Assembly (NCBI GenBank): GCA_963788655.1
Contig: CAWBHS010000072.1
Location: forward strand, 256,001 to 320,000
From: an uncultured Verrucomicrobiae bacterium
Lineage (GTDB): Bacteria; Verrucomicrobiota; Verrucomicrobiia; Limisphaerales; JAFGQR01
DNA: 64,000 bases
Direction: 5' to 3'
Positions 53,881 through 64,000 of this stretch are shown in pieces. How positions within the stretch are numbered: the stretch's first letter is position 1; each line of letters begins with the position of its first letter. The notes beneath the pieces were generated by a model, which was not told the origin of the DNA, searched no databases, and saw only the letters and a list, made by a program, of their open reading frames with translations. Both the position numbers and the translations under genes were made by a program.

Positions 53881-54943
53881 ATGGCCAAACCAACTGAAGA
53901 CCAACCCAATGCCGTGGATCACGGCCAGCGGCTGCTGGATTTTCTGAATCTGCGTCGTGACACCCTCTCTCCGCTGCTCATCCTGATGCACGATTACCCG
54001 GATCCCGACGCGCTGGCCGCCGGCTATGCCTTGCAGCATCTGGCGCAAGCGGGCTTCGGGGTGGAATCCCGCGTCGTCTATGGCGGCGTGGTCGGTCGCA
54101 CCGAGAACAAGGAAATGGTCCGGCTGCTCAAGATTCCCATCCACAAAACCAAACCGGGGTTGTTCAAGAAATTCGCCAACGTCGCCTTGGTGGACACCCA
54201 ACCCGCCTTCGGGAACAATGGGTTCCCCAAGAATCGCCGGGCCACCATGATCATCGACCAGCATCCCTCGGCCACCCCGCCGGATGCTGAACTGGCCATT
54301 GTGGATCCAGACTGTGGCGCCACCTGCGTGATCGTGGCGCAGGCGCTGCTGCTCAATGGCACGACCATTCCCACCCGCGTGGCCACGGCGCTGGCTTATG
54401 GTATTCTCACCGACACGCTGGATCTCTACCGCGCCAATCGCCCCGAACGTCGTGCAAACCTATCTCCAGGTATTGCACCATTGCGACATGCGCGTGCTGG
54501 CCCGCATCCAGAACCCGGTGCGGCCCCTCAACTTTTTCGCGACCCTCGGCCGGGGTATCCGCAACGCCGCCCAGTATCGGCGCCTGATGGTTTCCCACTT
54601 GGGGGCCGTGGGCACGCCGGACCTGGTCGCGCAAGTGGCCGAATTCCTTCTGGCCTACCGCCAATTGCACTGGTGCATCGTCACCGGCCGTTGCAAAGGC
54701 CGGCTCTACGCCTCGCTGCGCACCAACCGTCCCGACGCCCAGGCCGGCCAGATCCTGCGCGAAGTCTTCGGCAATCCTCGTCTGGCCGGCGGCCACGGGG
54801 CCATTGCCGGTGGCAGTTGCCGCGTCGGCTTGGACGTGGCTGAAGAAGTCTGGCAGGAAAAGGAGCAAGCCCTCACCGCGCGGCTGATGAAACGTTTGCG
54901 CATCTCGAGCAAAGTCGAACCGCGCAAACCCTTCCAACGCTAA
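53881..54943 (+). CDS. DHH/DHHA1 family phosphoesterase; frameshift ~54445
   Basis: HDYPDPDALAA, LVDTQP, IIDQHP, GILTDT, then SLRT and AGGHGAIAGG in the second frame. Confidence 0.85.
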
Positions 54944-54965
54944 CGAACTGTTCGTCAACTCGATT

Positions 54966-57105
54966 GTGAGTTCAAAAAACGAAATGTCGGCGACGCTACG
55001 TCCGCTAAAACAACTGGCACACTTGCACGGCGTACAGACTTCCTATCTGGACATGGCCAAACAGCGACAGGAGGCGAGTCCCGAGTCGCTGCTGGCTGTG
55101 TTGGGGGCCTTGGGCGTGCCGGTCGAACGGTTGCGCGATGTGCCGGATGCGCTCACTGAATCGCGGTTGGCCCGCGCGCGGCAATGTCTGGAGCCGGTGC
55201 AGGTGGTCTGGCAGGGATCCCGCACCCCGTTGGCGCTGCGCTTGCCTGCCCGTCATGCCACGTCTCCAGTGCGCTGCCGATGGACGCTGGAAAACGGCGA
55301 AATCCGCACCATTGATTGGACGGCTAAACAACTTGTCCCGACGGGAAGCAGCCGCCTGGCCGGCGAGTCGTTTGTGACGTTGCGACTGCCGAGGCCCGGA
55401 CGTTTGCCCAACGGTTATCATCAATTGACGGTCGAATGCGCCGCCGGCTGTTTTCACAGTTTGATCCTGGCGGCGGCTGAGCGATGCTATTCGCCACCGC
55501 GCCAGCAAAAGTCCTGGGGCATCTTTGCCCCGTTGTATGCGCTGCACTCGGAGCGAAGTTGGGGCGCGGGTGACTTTGGTGATTTGGCCGAATTCATGGC
55601 TTGGCTTGGCCAGCAAGGCGGCAATGTCATGGCCACGCTGCCGTTGTTACCGGCCTTTCTGGATCAGCCTTGCGAACCCAGTCCCTATTCGCCGGTTAGC
55701 CGCTTGTTTTGGAATGAGTTTTATCTTGATTTGGACCAAGTGCCCGAACTGGCGCGCTGCGCGGAAGCCAGGAAGTTGATGCAATCCGCCAGCTTTCAAA
55801 AACGCCGGCGCGAACTTCGCCAAGATCCGCTGGTCCGCTACCGCGAGTTGATGGCGCTCAAACGTCAGGTGCTCGAAGCGCTGGTCCGCCGTTTCTTCGC
55901 GCGAGCGTCCGTCCGGCGCGGTGAGTTTGAGGCGTTTCTGAAAAGACATCCGCGGTTGAACGATTATGCGTGTTTTCGTGCCACAGGCGAAAAGCGCCGG
56001 ACCGGATGGCCGGAATGGCCTTCGCGGCTGCGTGGTGGAGACATTACAGGCCGGCGATTACGATCCAGCGGCACGCCGCTATCATTTGTATGTCCAATGG
56101 TTGGCGCACGAGCAAATGGCGAGCCTCACGAACCATGCTGCCCGGCATGGTGTGCGTCTGTACCTGGACCTGCCTTTGGGTGTCCACCGTGCCGGATACG
56201 ACTGCTGGCGGCACCAGGATCTGTTCGCCTTGCGCGCCTCGGGCGGTGCGCCGCCGGATCCGGTATTCACCTTGGGACAGGACTGGCAATTCGCCCCGTT
56301 GCACCCCGAGCGCAGCCGGGCGCAAGGGCATGCTTATGTGATCGATTATTTACGGCACCACTTGGAACGGACCGGGATGTTGCGCATCGATCACGTCATG
56401 GGCTTGCACCGGTTGTACTGGGTGCCGGAGGGCCTGCCCGCCAGTCAAGGGGCCTACGTGAGTTATCCCGCCGACGAGCTTTACGCCATTCTCTCGCTCG
56501 AATCGCATCGCTACGGGGCGACCATTGCCGGGGAAAACCTCGGGACCGTGCCGCCGGAGGTGAACCGCCGCCTCAAGCGTCATAATTTGTGTGAGTTGTT
56601 TGTGGCCCAGTATGAACATCAGCCCTATCCCAAGCGCTCGATGCGGCGGGTGCCCGCGCGTGCGGTGGCCAGTCTCAATACTCACGATATGCCGCCGTTC
56701 CAGGCCTACTGGGAAGGCACTGACCTGGCGGACCGTCACGAGTTAGGGTGGATCAAGCTCACCGACGTGCCGAAGGAACGACGGTTGCGCGCCAAGGTCC
56801 AACGGGCGCTGATCCAGATGTTGCGTCACGAGGAGTGGCTTGCCAGCCGGCGACCCGAAGCGAAAGACGTGCTCCGGGGGGCGCTCGCCCATTTGAGCGC
56901 CAGCGCGGCGCAGTTTGTGTTGTTGAACCTCGAAGATCTGTGGTTGGAAACCCATTCGCAGAATGTTCCCGGCACCACGGAAGAACGGATTAACTGGCGT
57001 CGCAAAACCCGTTTGTCCCTTGAGCAAATTATGGAGCATCAAGACGTGCAAGAATTGCTTAAGTTGGTTAACCGATTACGTCGGGACCGCGATAATGACC
57101 AATGA
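54966..57105 (+). CDS. malQ: 4-alpha-glucanotransferase (GH77); frameshift ~56045
   Basis: WGIFAPLYAL.S.RSWG.GDF.DL, SPYSPVSR, YLDLPLGV, GAPPD, GQDW, RIDHVMGL.RL, GENLGTVP, NTHDMP, NVPGT. Confidence 0.93.
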
Positions 57106-57240
57106 CCGATGACCAAGCCCCAAAGAATGCTCAAGGTTCAATGCCCAGTGGATAGCCGGAAACTGCCCGAATACCGCCTGGGACTTGGGTCTGGGACATT
57201 CTCTGGTCATTGGACCTTGGACCTTGGTCATTCAATTATC
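57091..57240. repeat. Family E inverted repeat element
   Basis: gataatgaccaatgaccgatgaccaagcccc ... ttggaccttggaccttggtcatt..attatc; overlaps the malQ stop codon. Confidence 0.75.
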
Positions 57241-57314
57241 GTCCCACTGTCTGAGAGTGGAATCCCCAATTGCCAGTTGACTCGCAACCCTGTGGTGATG
57301 CTGTTCGATCGTCG

Positions 57315-58487
57315 TTATTGAAACAACTGCGGAGCGAACTCATTCAGATACTCGCGCCAGTTGACCCAGGTATGCGCGCCGTCGCTTTCCTTGAAGACCA
57401 CGTCGAATCCGTGCTTTCGCAGCATCTCCACCGTGGCTTGAGACGTCTTGATCAGGAAATCGTCCTTGCCCGTGGCAAACCAGCACCGCTTGAGGCCTGG
57501 CTTCAACTCAGCATTGTCAAGCATGGCCTGATTCTTCTCCTCCCAAGTCGGGCCGCTGGCTGCGTTCGGATTGCGGTTACCACCAAGGCTGAACACGCCT
57601 GAGCTAAATACGCCGAGGTAGGCGAATTGGTCGAGGTGCGCGATGCCGATGTTCAACGTCTGCGCGCCGCCCATGGACAGCCCGGCAATGGCCCGATGCG
57701 CCCGGTCAGTGCGGATCCGGTAACGCTTTTCCACCAGGGGCATGATGTCGTTGACGAAGTCGCGCTCGAATTCATCGCCCGATTGTCGGCGCTGACGCAT
57801 TGAGCCGGTGTGTCCGGCGGGCATGACCACCACCATCGGCTTGGCTTTCTTCGCCGCAATCAGGTTGTCGAGGATGAATCCCGCCCGGCCAACCGTGCTC
57901 CAGGAATCGTCGCAATCGAACGCGCCGTGTAACAGGTAGAAGACGGGGAACGTGCCTGCGCCGGAAGCATAACCAGGCGGCGTATAGACGTGCATCCGCC
58001 GAAAACGTTTGAGCGTCGTCGAATAATAAGTGAGCTCCGCGACCGCGCCGTGCGGCACCTCTTTGGTGTCCATGAAATCGGCGCCCGGCACGTACACGAG
58101 GCTCCAGGTATTTTCGTTGGACTCGCTGGTGGTGGGATTGCGCGGGTCAATCACCGCGACACCGTCCACGTTGAAATGATAGCGGTAGGCGCCGGGGGCG
58201 ATTGGGCCGCAAGTGCCTTCCCACACATCGTTGCTGCCTTTAGTCATTGGCGGTGGCTGAGTCACTGCCTGCAAATCGCCACTGCTCAGGCGGACCGCCT
58301 CCGCCTTGGGCGCGTAAATTCGGAAGGTCAGCTTCCGCTCGGGGGAGATCGCCGGCGACACCACGGACGGTGGCCGTTGATTACGTGCGGATCGGTCCGA
58401 CGGCTGCCCCCACGTGGTGGAAGTGATCGATGAGATGGCGAGCAACGTTGTCGCCCAAATAGAACCGGTAAGGAATCGCGTGTTCAT
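57315..58487 (-). CDS. Secreted esterase (CE1 / Fes-like) with N-terminal E-set domain
   Basis: TFRIYAPKA, YRYHFNVDG...DP.N, VYTPPGY, YLLHG, AGLSMGG, HTW..WR. Confidence 0.9.
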   Translation of the reverse strand: MNTRFLTGSIWATTLLAISSITSTTWGQPSDRSARNQRPPSVVSPAISPERKLTFRIYAPKAEAVRLSSGDLQAVTQPPPMTKGSNDVWEGTCGPIAPGAYRYHFNVDGVAVIDPRNPTTSESNENTWSLVYVPGADFMDTKEVPHGAVAELTYYSTTLKRFRRMHVYTPPGYASGAGTFPVFYLLHGAFDCDDSWSTVGRAGFILDNLIAAKKAKPMVVVMPAGHTGSMRQRRQSGDEFERDFVNDIMPLVEKRYRIRTDRAHRAIAGLSMGGAQTLNIGIAHLDQFAYLGVFSSGVFSLGGNRNPNAASGPTWEEKNQAMLDNAELKPGLKRCWFATGKDDFLIKTSQATVEMLRKHGFDVVFKESDGAHTWVNWREYLNEFAPQLFQ

Positions 58488-58875
58488 GGTTTGAATTCGT
58501 GCATATCGTGTGCCGCCACTGTAGGGGAAACGCACGATTTGTCGCGGATAATTTCTCAACCGCCATCGTTTACTGCACTTCAGGTCATCCCCGTTGCTGC
58601 CCGAACAGTGCGGCCGCTGAACCGATCCCTATCCGGCCTCGGCAAGGTTTATGATTCCGACAACAACCTGGTGCCGACATCAGCCGCCGCCTCGGCGCTA
58701 GCCTGCGTGAGGTAGCGCGGGCTTTGGGGTTATCTTCTGGCGGCTGTTTTCTACTGACTCGCCGGCGCCAACCGGCTAGGCTGGGCGCATGATACGGCGA
58801 AAGCACAATGTCCGCTGTAAACTTCGCAGTCACTGCGTTGCCCGCGCAACTCACCCGCTTAATTCTTAACGACCT

Positions 58876-60366
58876 ATGATGACTCCTCTTCTGCCCCAAG
58901 TAACCCAGTTCCTTTCCTCCCAACCACTGAAGTTGTTTATCGGCGGCGAATGGACTGATGCCACCGGCGGCGCCACGCTCGAAACCTGCGATCCTGGCGA
59001 CGGCAACGTCCTTGCCAAGGTGGCCACCGGTGACCCAGCGGACATTGACCGCGCCGTGCAGGCCGCGCATGCCGCCTTCTTGAACAGTGGCTGGGCCACG
59101 ATGCCCGCCAATGATCGCGCCGTCATTTTGCACCGCTTGGCCGACCTGGTGGATAAGCAGCGGGATGTCCTCGCCCAAATCGAAGCGTTGGACGTGGGCA
59201 AGCCGCTGGCCGACGCGGCGGGCTTCGACATCCCGAACGTGGCGCAAACGCTGCGTTGGTATGCGGACCTATCCGTTCACGCGCGCCGGCGCGAACCCAT
59301 CGCCGTGGCGAATTATGAAGCCCGGCAGGTCCGGCTGCCTTACGGTGTTTGCGCGTTCATTTTCCCGTGGAATTTCCCATTGCTGCTGGTCGGGTGGGGC
59401 ATTTCTCCGGCACTGGCCGCCGGTAACACCGTGGTGATCAAACCCGCCGAGGACACGCCGTTATCGACTTTGTATTTCTGCCAACTGGCCGAGCAAGCCG
59501 GCGTGCCCAAGGGGGTGATCAACGTCGTCACCGGTTACGGTGAAACCGCCGGTGCGGCGCTGGCGCAGCATCCGGGCATCAAACGCATGTCGTTCACCGG
59601 TTCGCCCGAAGTGGGTAAATTGATCGCCGAAGCGTGCGGTCGCAATCTCGTACCGGCCAAACTCGAGCTCGGCGGCAAAGGCGCTGCGGTGGTGTTCGAC
59701 GACGTGGACGTGAAAGCCACTGCCCAGGCTTTGGCCGCCGCCGTCACCGCCAACACGGGGCAGGTTTGTTGCACGGCCACGCGTTGGCTGATCCACGAAA
59801 AGATTTTCGACGCGTTTGTCGAGCAAGCAACGTCGGCCTTGAAGGAGCGGAAGATTGGTCACGGCTTGGACGATCAAACCCAAATGGGCCCGCTGGTCAG
59901 CGAGAAACAACGCCGGCGCGTACTGGGCTATCTTGAACGCGGCGAACAGGAACAAGCCAAACCATTGCTGCCCGGCGGTGCGACCACTGTCACCGGGCAT
60001 GAAGGAGGGTTCTACGTGAAGCCGGCATTGCTTTCCGGTTCACCGGATAACGTCTGCGCGCGCGAAGAAATCTTCGGGCCGGTCGCCTACCTGATGCCGT
60101 TCAAAGCGGAAACTGACGCGGTGGCGCTGGTGAATCGCTCCACCTACGGCCTGGCGAACAGCGTGTGGAGCCAGAACCTCCACCGCGCCAATCGCGTGGC
60201 CGAAGCCTTGGTGGCCGGCAACAGTTGGATCAACGGTCACAATCTGTTTCCCCACGGCGTGCCCTACGGTGGGTGCAATCTCAGCGGTTGCGGCGGCGGG
60301 GTGCTGGGACCGGAGACGTATCTGGATTATCTTCGAGCCCAGTCGGTGGTCCGGCCGATACAGTAA
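58876..60366 (+). CDS. Aldehyde dehydrogenase family protein
   Basis: PWNFP, KPAEDTP, FTGS, LELGGK, GQVCC, EEIFGP, YGL. Confidence 0.95.
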   Translation: MMTPLLPQVTQFLSSQPLKLFIGGEWTDATGGATLETCDPGDGNVLAKVATGDPADIDRAVQAAHAAFLNSGWATMPANDRAVILHRLADLVDKQRDVLAQIEALDVGKPLADAAGFDIPNVAQTLRWYADLSVHARRREPIAVANYEARQVRLPYGVCAFIFPWNFPLLLVGWGISPALAAGNTVVIKPAEDTPLSTLYFCQLAEQAGVPKGVINVVTGYGETAGAALAQHPGIKRMSFTGSPEVGKLIAEACGRNLVPAKLELGGKGAAVVFDDVDVKATAQALAAAVTANTGQVCCTATRWLIHEKIFDAFVEQATSALKERKIGHGLDDQTQMGPLVSEKQRRRVLGYLERGEQEQAKPLLPGGATTVTGHEGGFYVKPALLSGSPDNVCAREEIFGPVAYLMPFKAETDAVALVNRSTYGLANSVWSQNLHRANRVAEALVAGNSWINGHNLFPHGVPYGGCNLSGCGGGVLGPETYLDYLRAQSVVRPIQ

Positions 60367-60457
60367 AGCTTCCGGTAATAAGAGGCTTGAAAGAATGAAG
60401 GCAGTGAGAGCAGCCATGGCTCCCTCAATGGATGCTGGAAGAAACCTACGAGGTGCG

Positions 60458-62346
60458 ATGAACTGGACCACATGCTTGGCAATCATCCTCGCGAGCATTG
60501 GTCTGGTCCTCGTATGCGGTGGCTGCAACAAACAGGAATCCAAACTGAGCCAGCTCAAGACCAAAGCCACTCAAGGCGATGCCGAGGCGCAATTCCAGCT
60601 TGGGAAGATTTATGACGACGGTCGGCTCGTTCCCAAGGATGGTATCCAGGCCTTTACTTGCTACCGCCAGGCCGCCGAACAAGGGCACGCGGAGGCGCAG
60701 TTTCGCGTGGCGTCCATGTATGCCAGCGGTTACGGCGTAACCCTGGACGAGCCGAATCATTGAAGTGGATGCGCCGGGCCGCCGAGAACGGCGTGACCAA
60801 AGCGCAATACAACCTGGGCGTTGACTTTTATCACGGGCGTGGCACCGCCAAAGATTTCAGCCAGGCCTTTAAGTGGTTTCAGAAAGCTTCGGCCAAAGGC
60901 GACCCCGACGCCCAAGCCAATTTGGGCAGCATGTATGCCGATGGTGAAGGCGTGGAGAAGAATCTCCAAAAGGCGCTGCCATGGTTTCAGCGTGCCGCTG
61001 ATCAAGGGCAGCCGGCGGCGCAGAACAACCTTGGACAACTTTATTTCAGTGGTGAAGCCGTCGCGACGAATCCGGTGGAGGCAGTGAAATGGTTCCGCAA
61101 AGCTGCGGAGCAGGGATTTGCGGTCGGACAATACAATCTGGGGACGGCCTATCACGAAGGCACCGGCGTGGAAAAGAATGATCAGACCGCGGTGGAATGG
61201 TTCCGCCGGGCCGCAAAGCAAAATCTGCCGCAGGCACAATACGCGCTGGCGGGCCTCTACCGCCGCGGCGAAGGGGTATCCGAGGACAGCCGCGAATCCT
61301 TTCAATGGCTCAAGCAGGCCGCCGCCCAGAATTTCGCGCCCGCCCAATTGAAACTGGGAATGAGTTACCTGGTAGGCGACGGCACCACTACAAATCTGGA
61401 TGAAGCCATCCGGTGGCTTCGCCGGGCCGCCGGGCAGAATGAGGCCGAAGCGCAGGGCACCCTCGCCTTCCTGTATTGTGAAGGAAAAGTGGTCGCACAA
61501 GACATGAATGAAGCCTTGAAATGGTTTCACCAAGCCGCCGATGCGGGCAACGCGGAGGCCGAACGTAATTTGGGGATTCTGTACCAGAAGGGTCAAGGAG
61601 TTGAAAAAGATCTGGTCGAGGCGACCAAGTGGTTTCGTCGCGCGGCTGAGCAAGGCGATCCCCAAGCCCAAAATCATCTGGCGAACCTCTACGAAAATGG
61701 AACCGGCGTGGAGAAGGATATTCAGGCCGCCATCAAGTGGTATCGTCAGGCGGCCGAGCAAGGGGATGCTGTCGCTCAAAACAACTTGGGCGCCATCTTT
61801 GGCAAGGGCGAAGACGTAGCCAAAGATCCACAACAAGCGCTCTTCTGGTATCGCAAAGCAGCGGACCAAGGCGTCGCCATGTCGCAATACAACATCGCTG
61901 AACTGTATGCCAACGGAAGCGGCGTGACCCAGGATATTGCGCAAGCCATCCAGTGGTACAAGCAAGCCGCCGAACAAGATTTCATCATGGCCCAAAACGT
62001 CCTGGCCAAGTTGTATTACCAGGGCGAGCGCGTCCCTAAAGACGAACAGCAGGCTGCCTATTGGTTCCAGCGGGCGGCTGAACATGGAGACGCCAATTCC
62101 CAAAATCTGCTCGGTTTGCTGTACGCCATGGGAGAAGGCGTGGAAACCAATTACGTCGAGGCCTATAAGTGGCTGGACATCGCCGCCGCCAACGGCCACC
62201 CCCATGCGTTGGCCAGCCGGGCGAAGGTTTCCTTGCAAATGGACCCGGACCAACTTCGGGAAGCCCGGCAACGCGCCAGAGAATTTCTGGACCGACAGCC
62301 GACCAATGCGCCGCCGGCTCCAGGGAAAGCCAAGCCAACTCCGTGA
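60458..62346 (+). CDS. Sel1-repeat protein (15 repeats counted), probable lipoprotein; frameshift ~60750
   Basis: Repeated AQ..LG..Y..G.GV..D...A..W...AA.QG units; hydrophobic N-terminus ending GGC. Confidence 0.9.
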
Positions 62347-62479
62347 GTAAAGCGCGACCCCTGGCAATCACTCAGAGTCGCCACCACTCCACCCCGGACC
62401 GCCACCAAAAACAGCCATACGTTTTGCTGGCCTTCTTGGGGCGAGGGCCAGATGATCCGCTGCCAAGCGTTAGCTTATT

Positions 62480-63949
62480 ATGTTCATAATGATGATAACG
62501 CCGGAGTGCGCTCCGGCAGCGAAGGTCGGCGGTCTGGCGGATGTGATCCACGGCCTGTCGCAGGAATTGGCCATCCGCGGCCATGCGGTGGAGATCATTC
62601 TGCCCAAGTACGACTGTATGCGGTACGACCGCATCCACGGTCTGGTGAAGACGTACAGTGACCTGTGGGTGCCGTACCATAACCAGTGGATTCACTGCGA
62701 CGTGTACTTCGGGTATGTGGACAGCTTGAAATGTTTCTTTATCGATCCGCACTCAGCCCACAACTTCTTCAATCGCGGCGCGTGTTACGGCCTCAAAGAT
62801 GACACGGAACGTTTCGCGTTTTTCTGCCGGGCCGCGTTGGAGTTCATGCTCAAGACCAACAAGCATCCGGACATCATTCATTGCCACGACTGGCAAACCG
62901 GCCTGGTTCCTGTGCTCCTCTATGAAACGTACCAGCAGTTGGGGATGACGCATCCACGGGTTTGCTACACGCTGCACAACCTCGGGCACCAGGGCATCCA
63001 CGGCGAGAAGATCCTCCGGCAGGTCGGCCTGAATCCCGGACCCCTCATGACCCCCGAACGCTTGTTGGACGACCGTCGGCCCGGCGCCATCAACTTGATG
63101 AAAGGCGGGATCGTCTATTCAAATTTTGTAACCACCGTTTCGCCCCGTTACGCGTCCGAAATTCATCACAGCCACTTGGGCATGGGGCTCCAGCGGATCC
63201 TGCACGTCCACCAGCAGAAATTCGGCGGCATCCTGAACGGCGTGGACTACACCGCGTGGAACCCGGAGATCGACGGCCACATTGCCCACCGTTATGGCCT
63301 GGGCAATTTGCAGGACAAATACCACAACAAGGGAGCCCTGCGCGCCCGGCTCTGGCTGCGCCACGATTTTAAACCGATCGTTTCCTTTGTCGGCCGGCTG
63401 GATTACCAGAAAGGGGTTGGTCTCATTCTGCAAGCAGTGCCCTATTGCTTGCAGCACGGTTGCCAGGTGGTCGTTTTGGGTTCGAGCCCGCATCGGAGCG
63501 TCAACGACGCCTTTTGGGGCCTCAAGCGGATGTTTAATAACCATCCCGATTGTCATTTGGAAATCGGGTACCACGAGGATTTGGCCCATTTGATTTATGC
63601 CGGTTCGGACCTGATCCTGGTGCCCAGCGAATACGAGCCGTGCGGTTTGACGCAGATCATTGGTTTGCGCTACGGCACCGTGCCGGTCGTGCGCAATACG
63701 GGTGGCCTGGCAGATACGGTTTTCGATGCCAACTACTCCCACCGGCCGTATCACGAACGGACGGGTTTTGTCTTCAACGACTACAATTGGCCCGGCCTGG
63801 AATCCGCGCTCAGCCGCGCCATCGGCTTGTGGTACAATTATCCGCAATATTTTCGAGAACTGATGGCCAACGGTATGCGTTACGATTTTTCCTGGAATTA
63901 CCCCGGCACGCATTACTTGAACGTGTATAATTACATCAAAGCGCCTTAG
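62480..63949 (+). CDS. glgA: Glycogen synthase (GT5)
   Basis: KVGGLADV, HCHDWQT, TLHNL..QG, TTVSP.YA, GILNGVD, RLDYQKG, PSEYEPCGLTQ, TGGLADTV. Confidence 0.96.
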   Translation: MFIMMITPECAPAAKVGGLADVIHGLSQELAIRGHAVEIILPKYDCMRYDRIHGLVKTYSDLWVPYHNQWIHCDVYFGYVDSLKCFFIDPHSAHNFFNRGACYGLKDDTERFAFFCRAALEFMLKTNKHPDIIHCHDWQTGLVPVLLYETYQQLGMTHPRVCYTLHNLGHQGIHGEKILRQVGLNPGPLMTPERLLDDRRPGAINLMKGGIVYSNFVTTVSPRYASEIHHSHLGMGLQRILHVHQQKFGGILNGVDYTAWNPEIDGHIAHRYGLGNLQDKYHNKGALRARLWLRHDFKPIVSFVGRLDYQKGVGLILQAVPYCLQHGCQVVVLGSSPHRSVNDAFWGLKRMFNNHPDCHLEIGYHEDLAHLIYAGSDLILVPSEYEPCGLTQIIGLRYGTVPVVRNTGGLADTVFDANYSHRPYHERTGFVFNDYNWPGLESALSRAIGLWYNYPQYFRELMANGMRYDFSWNYPGTHYLNVYNYIKAP

Positions 63950-64000
63950 GCGCCGGTATCAAGTGGCGGTGGCACCTTGTTGCCGCCGGGATGTGATAAA

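Overview
GC-rich bacterial chromosomal window; gene content and intergenic palindrome style suggest Verrucomicrobiota/PVC, which is an inference only. It holds about 55 CDSs in five blocks. (1) Carbohydrate and periplasmic enzymes: two GHL10-type hydrolases, DUF1080, gluconolactonase, GH5, arylsulfatase, a PA14 protein and an esterase. (2) A ~12.5-kb phosphate locus (12442-24979). Three Pit transporters and three DUF47 proteins are divergent from phoU-pstS-pstC-pstA-pstB1-pstB2. PhoU is fused to an ArsC/LMW-PTP domain lacking its catalytic Cys, the two PstB copies are reciprocally degenerate, PstA has an extra membrane module, and 11-bp-phased Pho-box-like repeats are present. This is the best candidate for an undescribed system. 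(3) A Yip1 + MFP + ABC exporter of YknWXYZ/MacAB type. (4) A stress and alpha-glucan block: elaB/yqjE/yqjK-like genes, mscS, glgE, treS-mak, DHH, malQ, glgA. (5) At least eight families of REP/MITE-like intergenic inverted repeats. Also present are a solo IS1182-like DUF772 domain and an overlapping-frame Fic/Doc-like locus. About ten genes are broken, mostly by +1 insertions, and these look like sequencing errors. No rRNA, tRNA, CRISPR array or intact transposase was seen. All family calls come from motif recognition by eye, not database searches.
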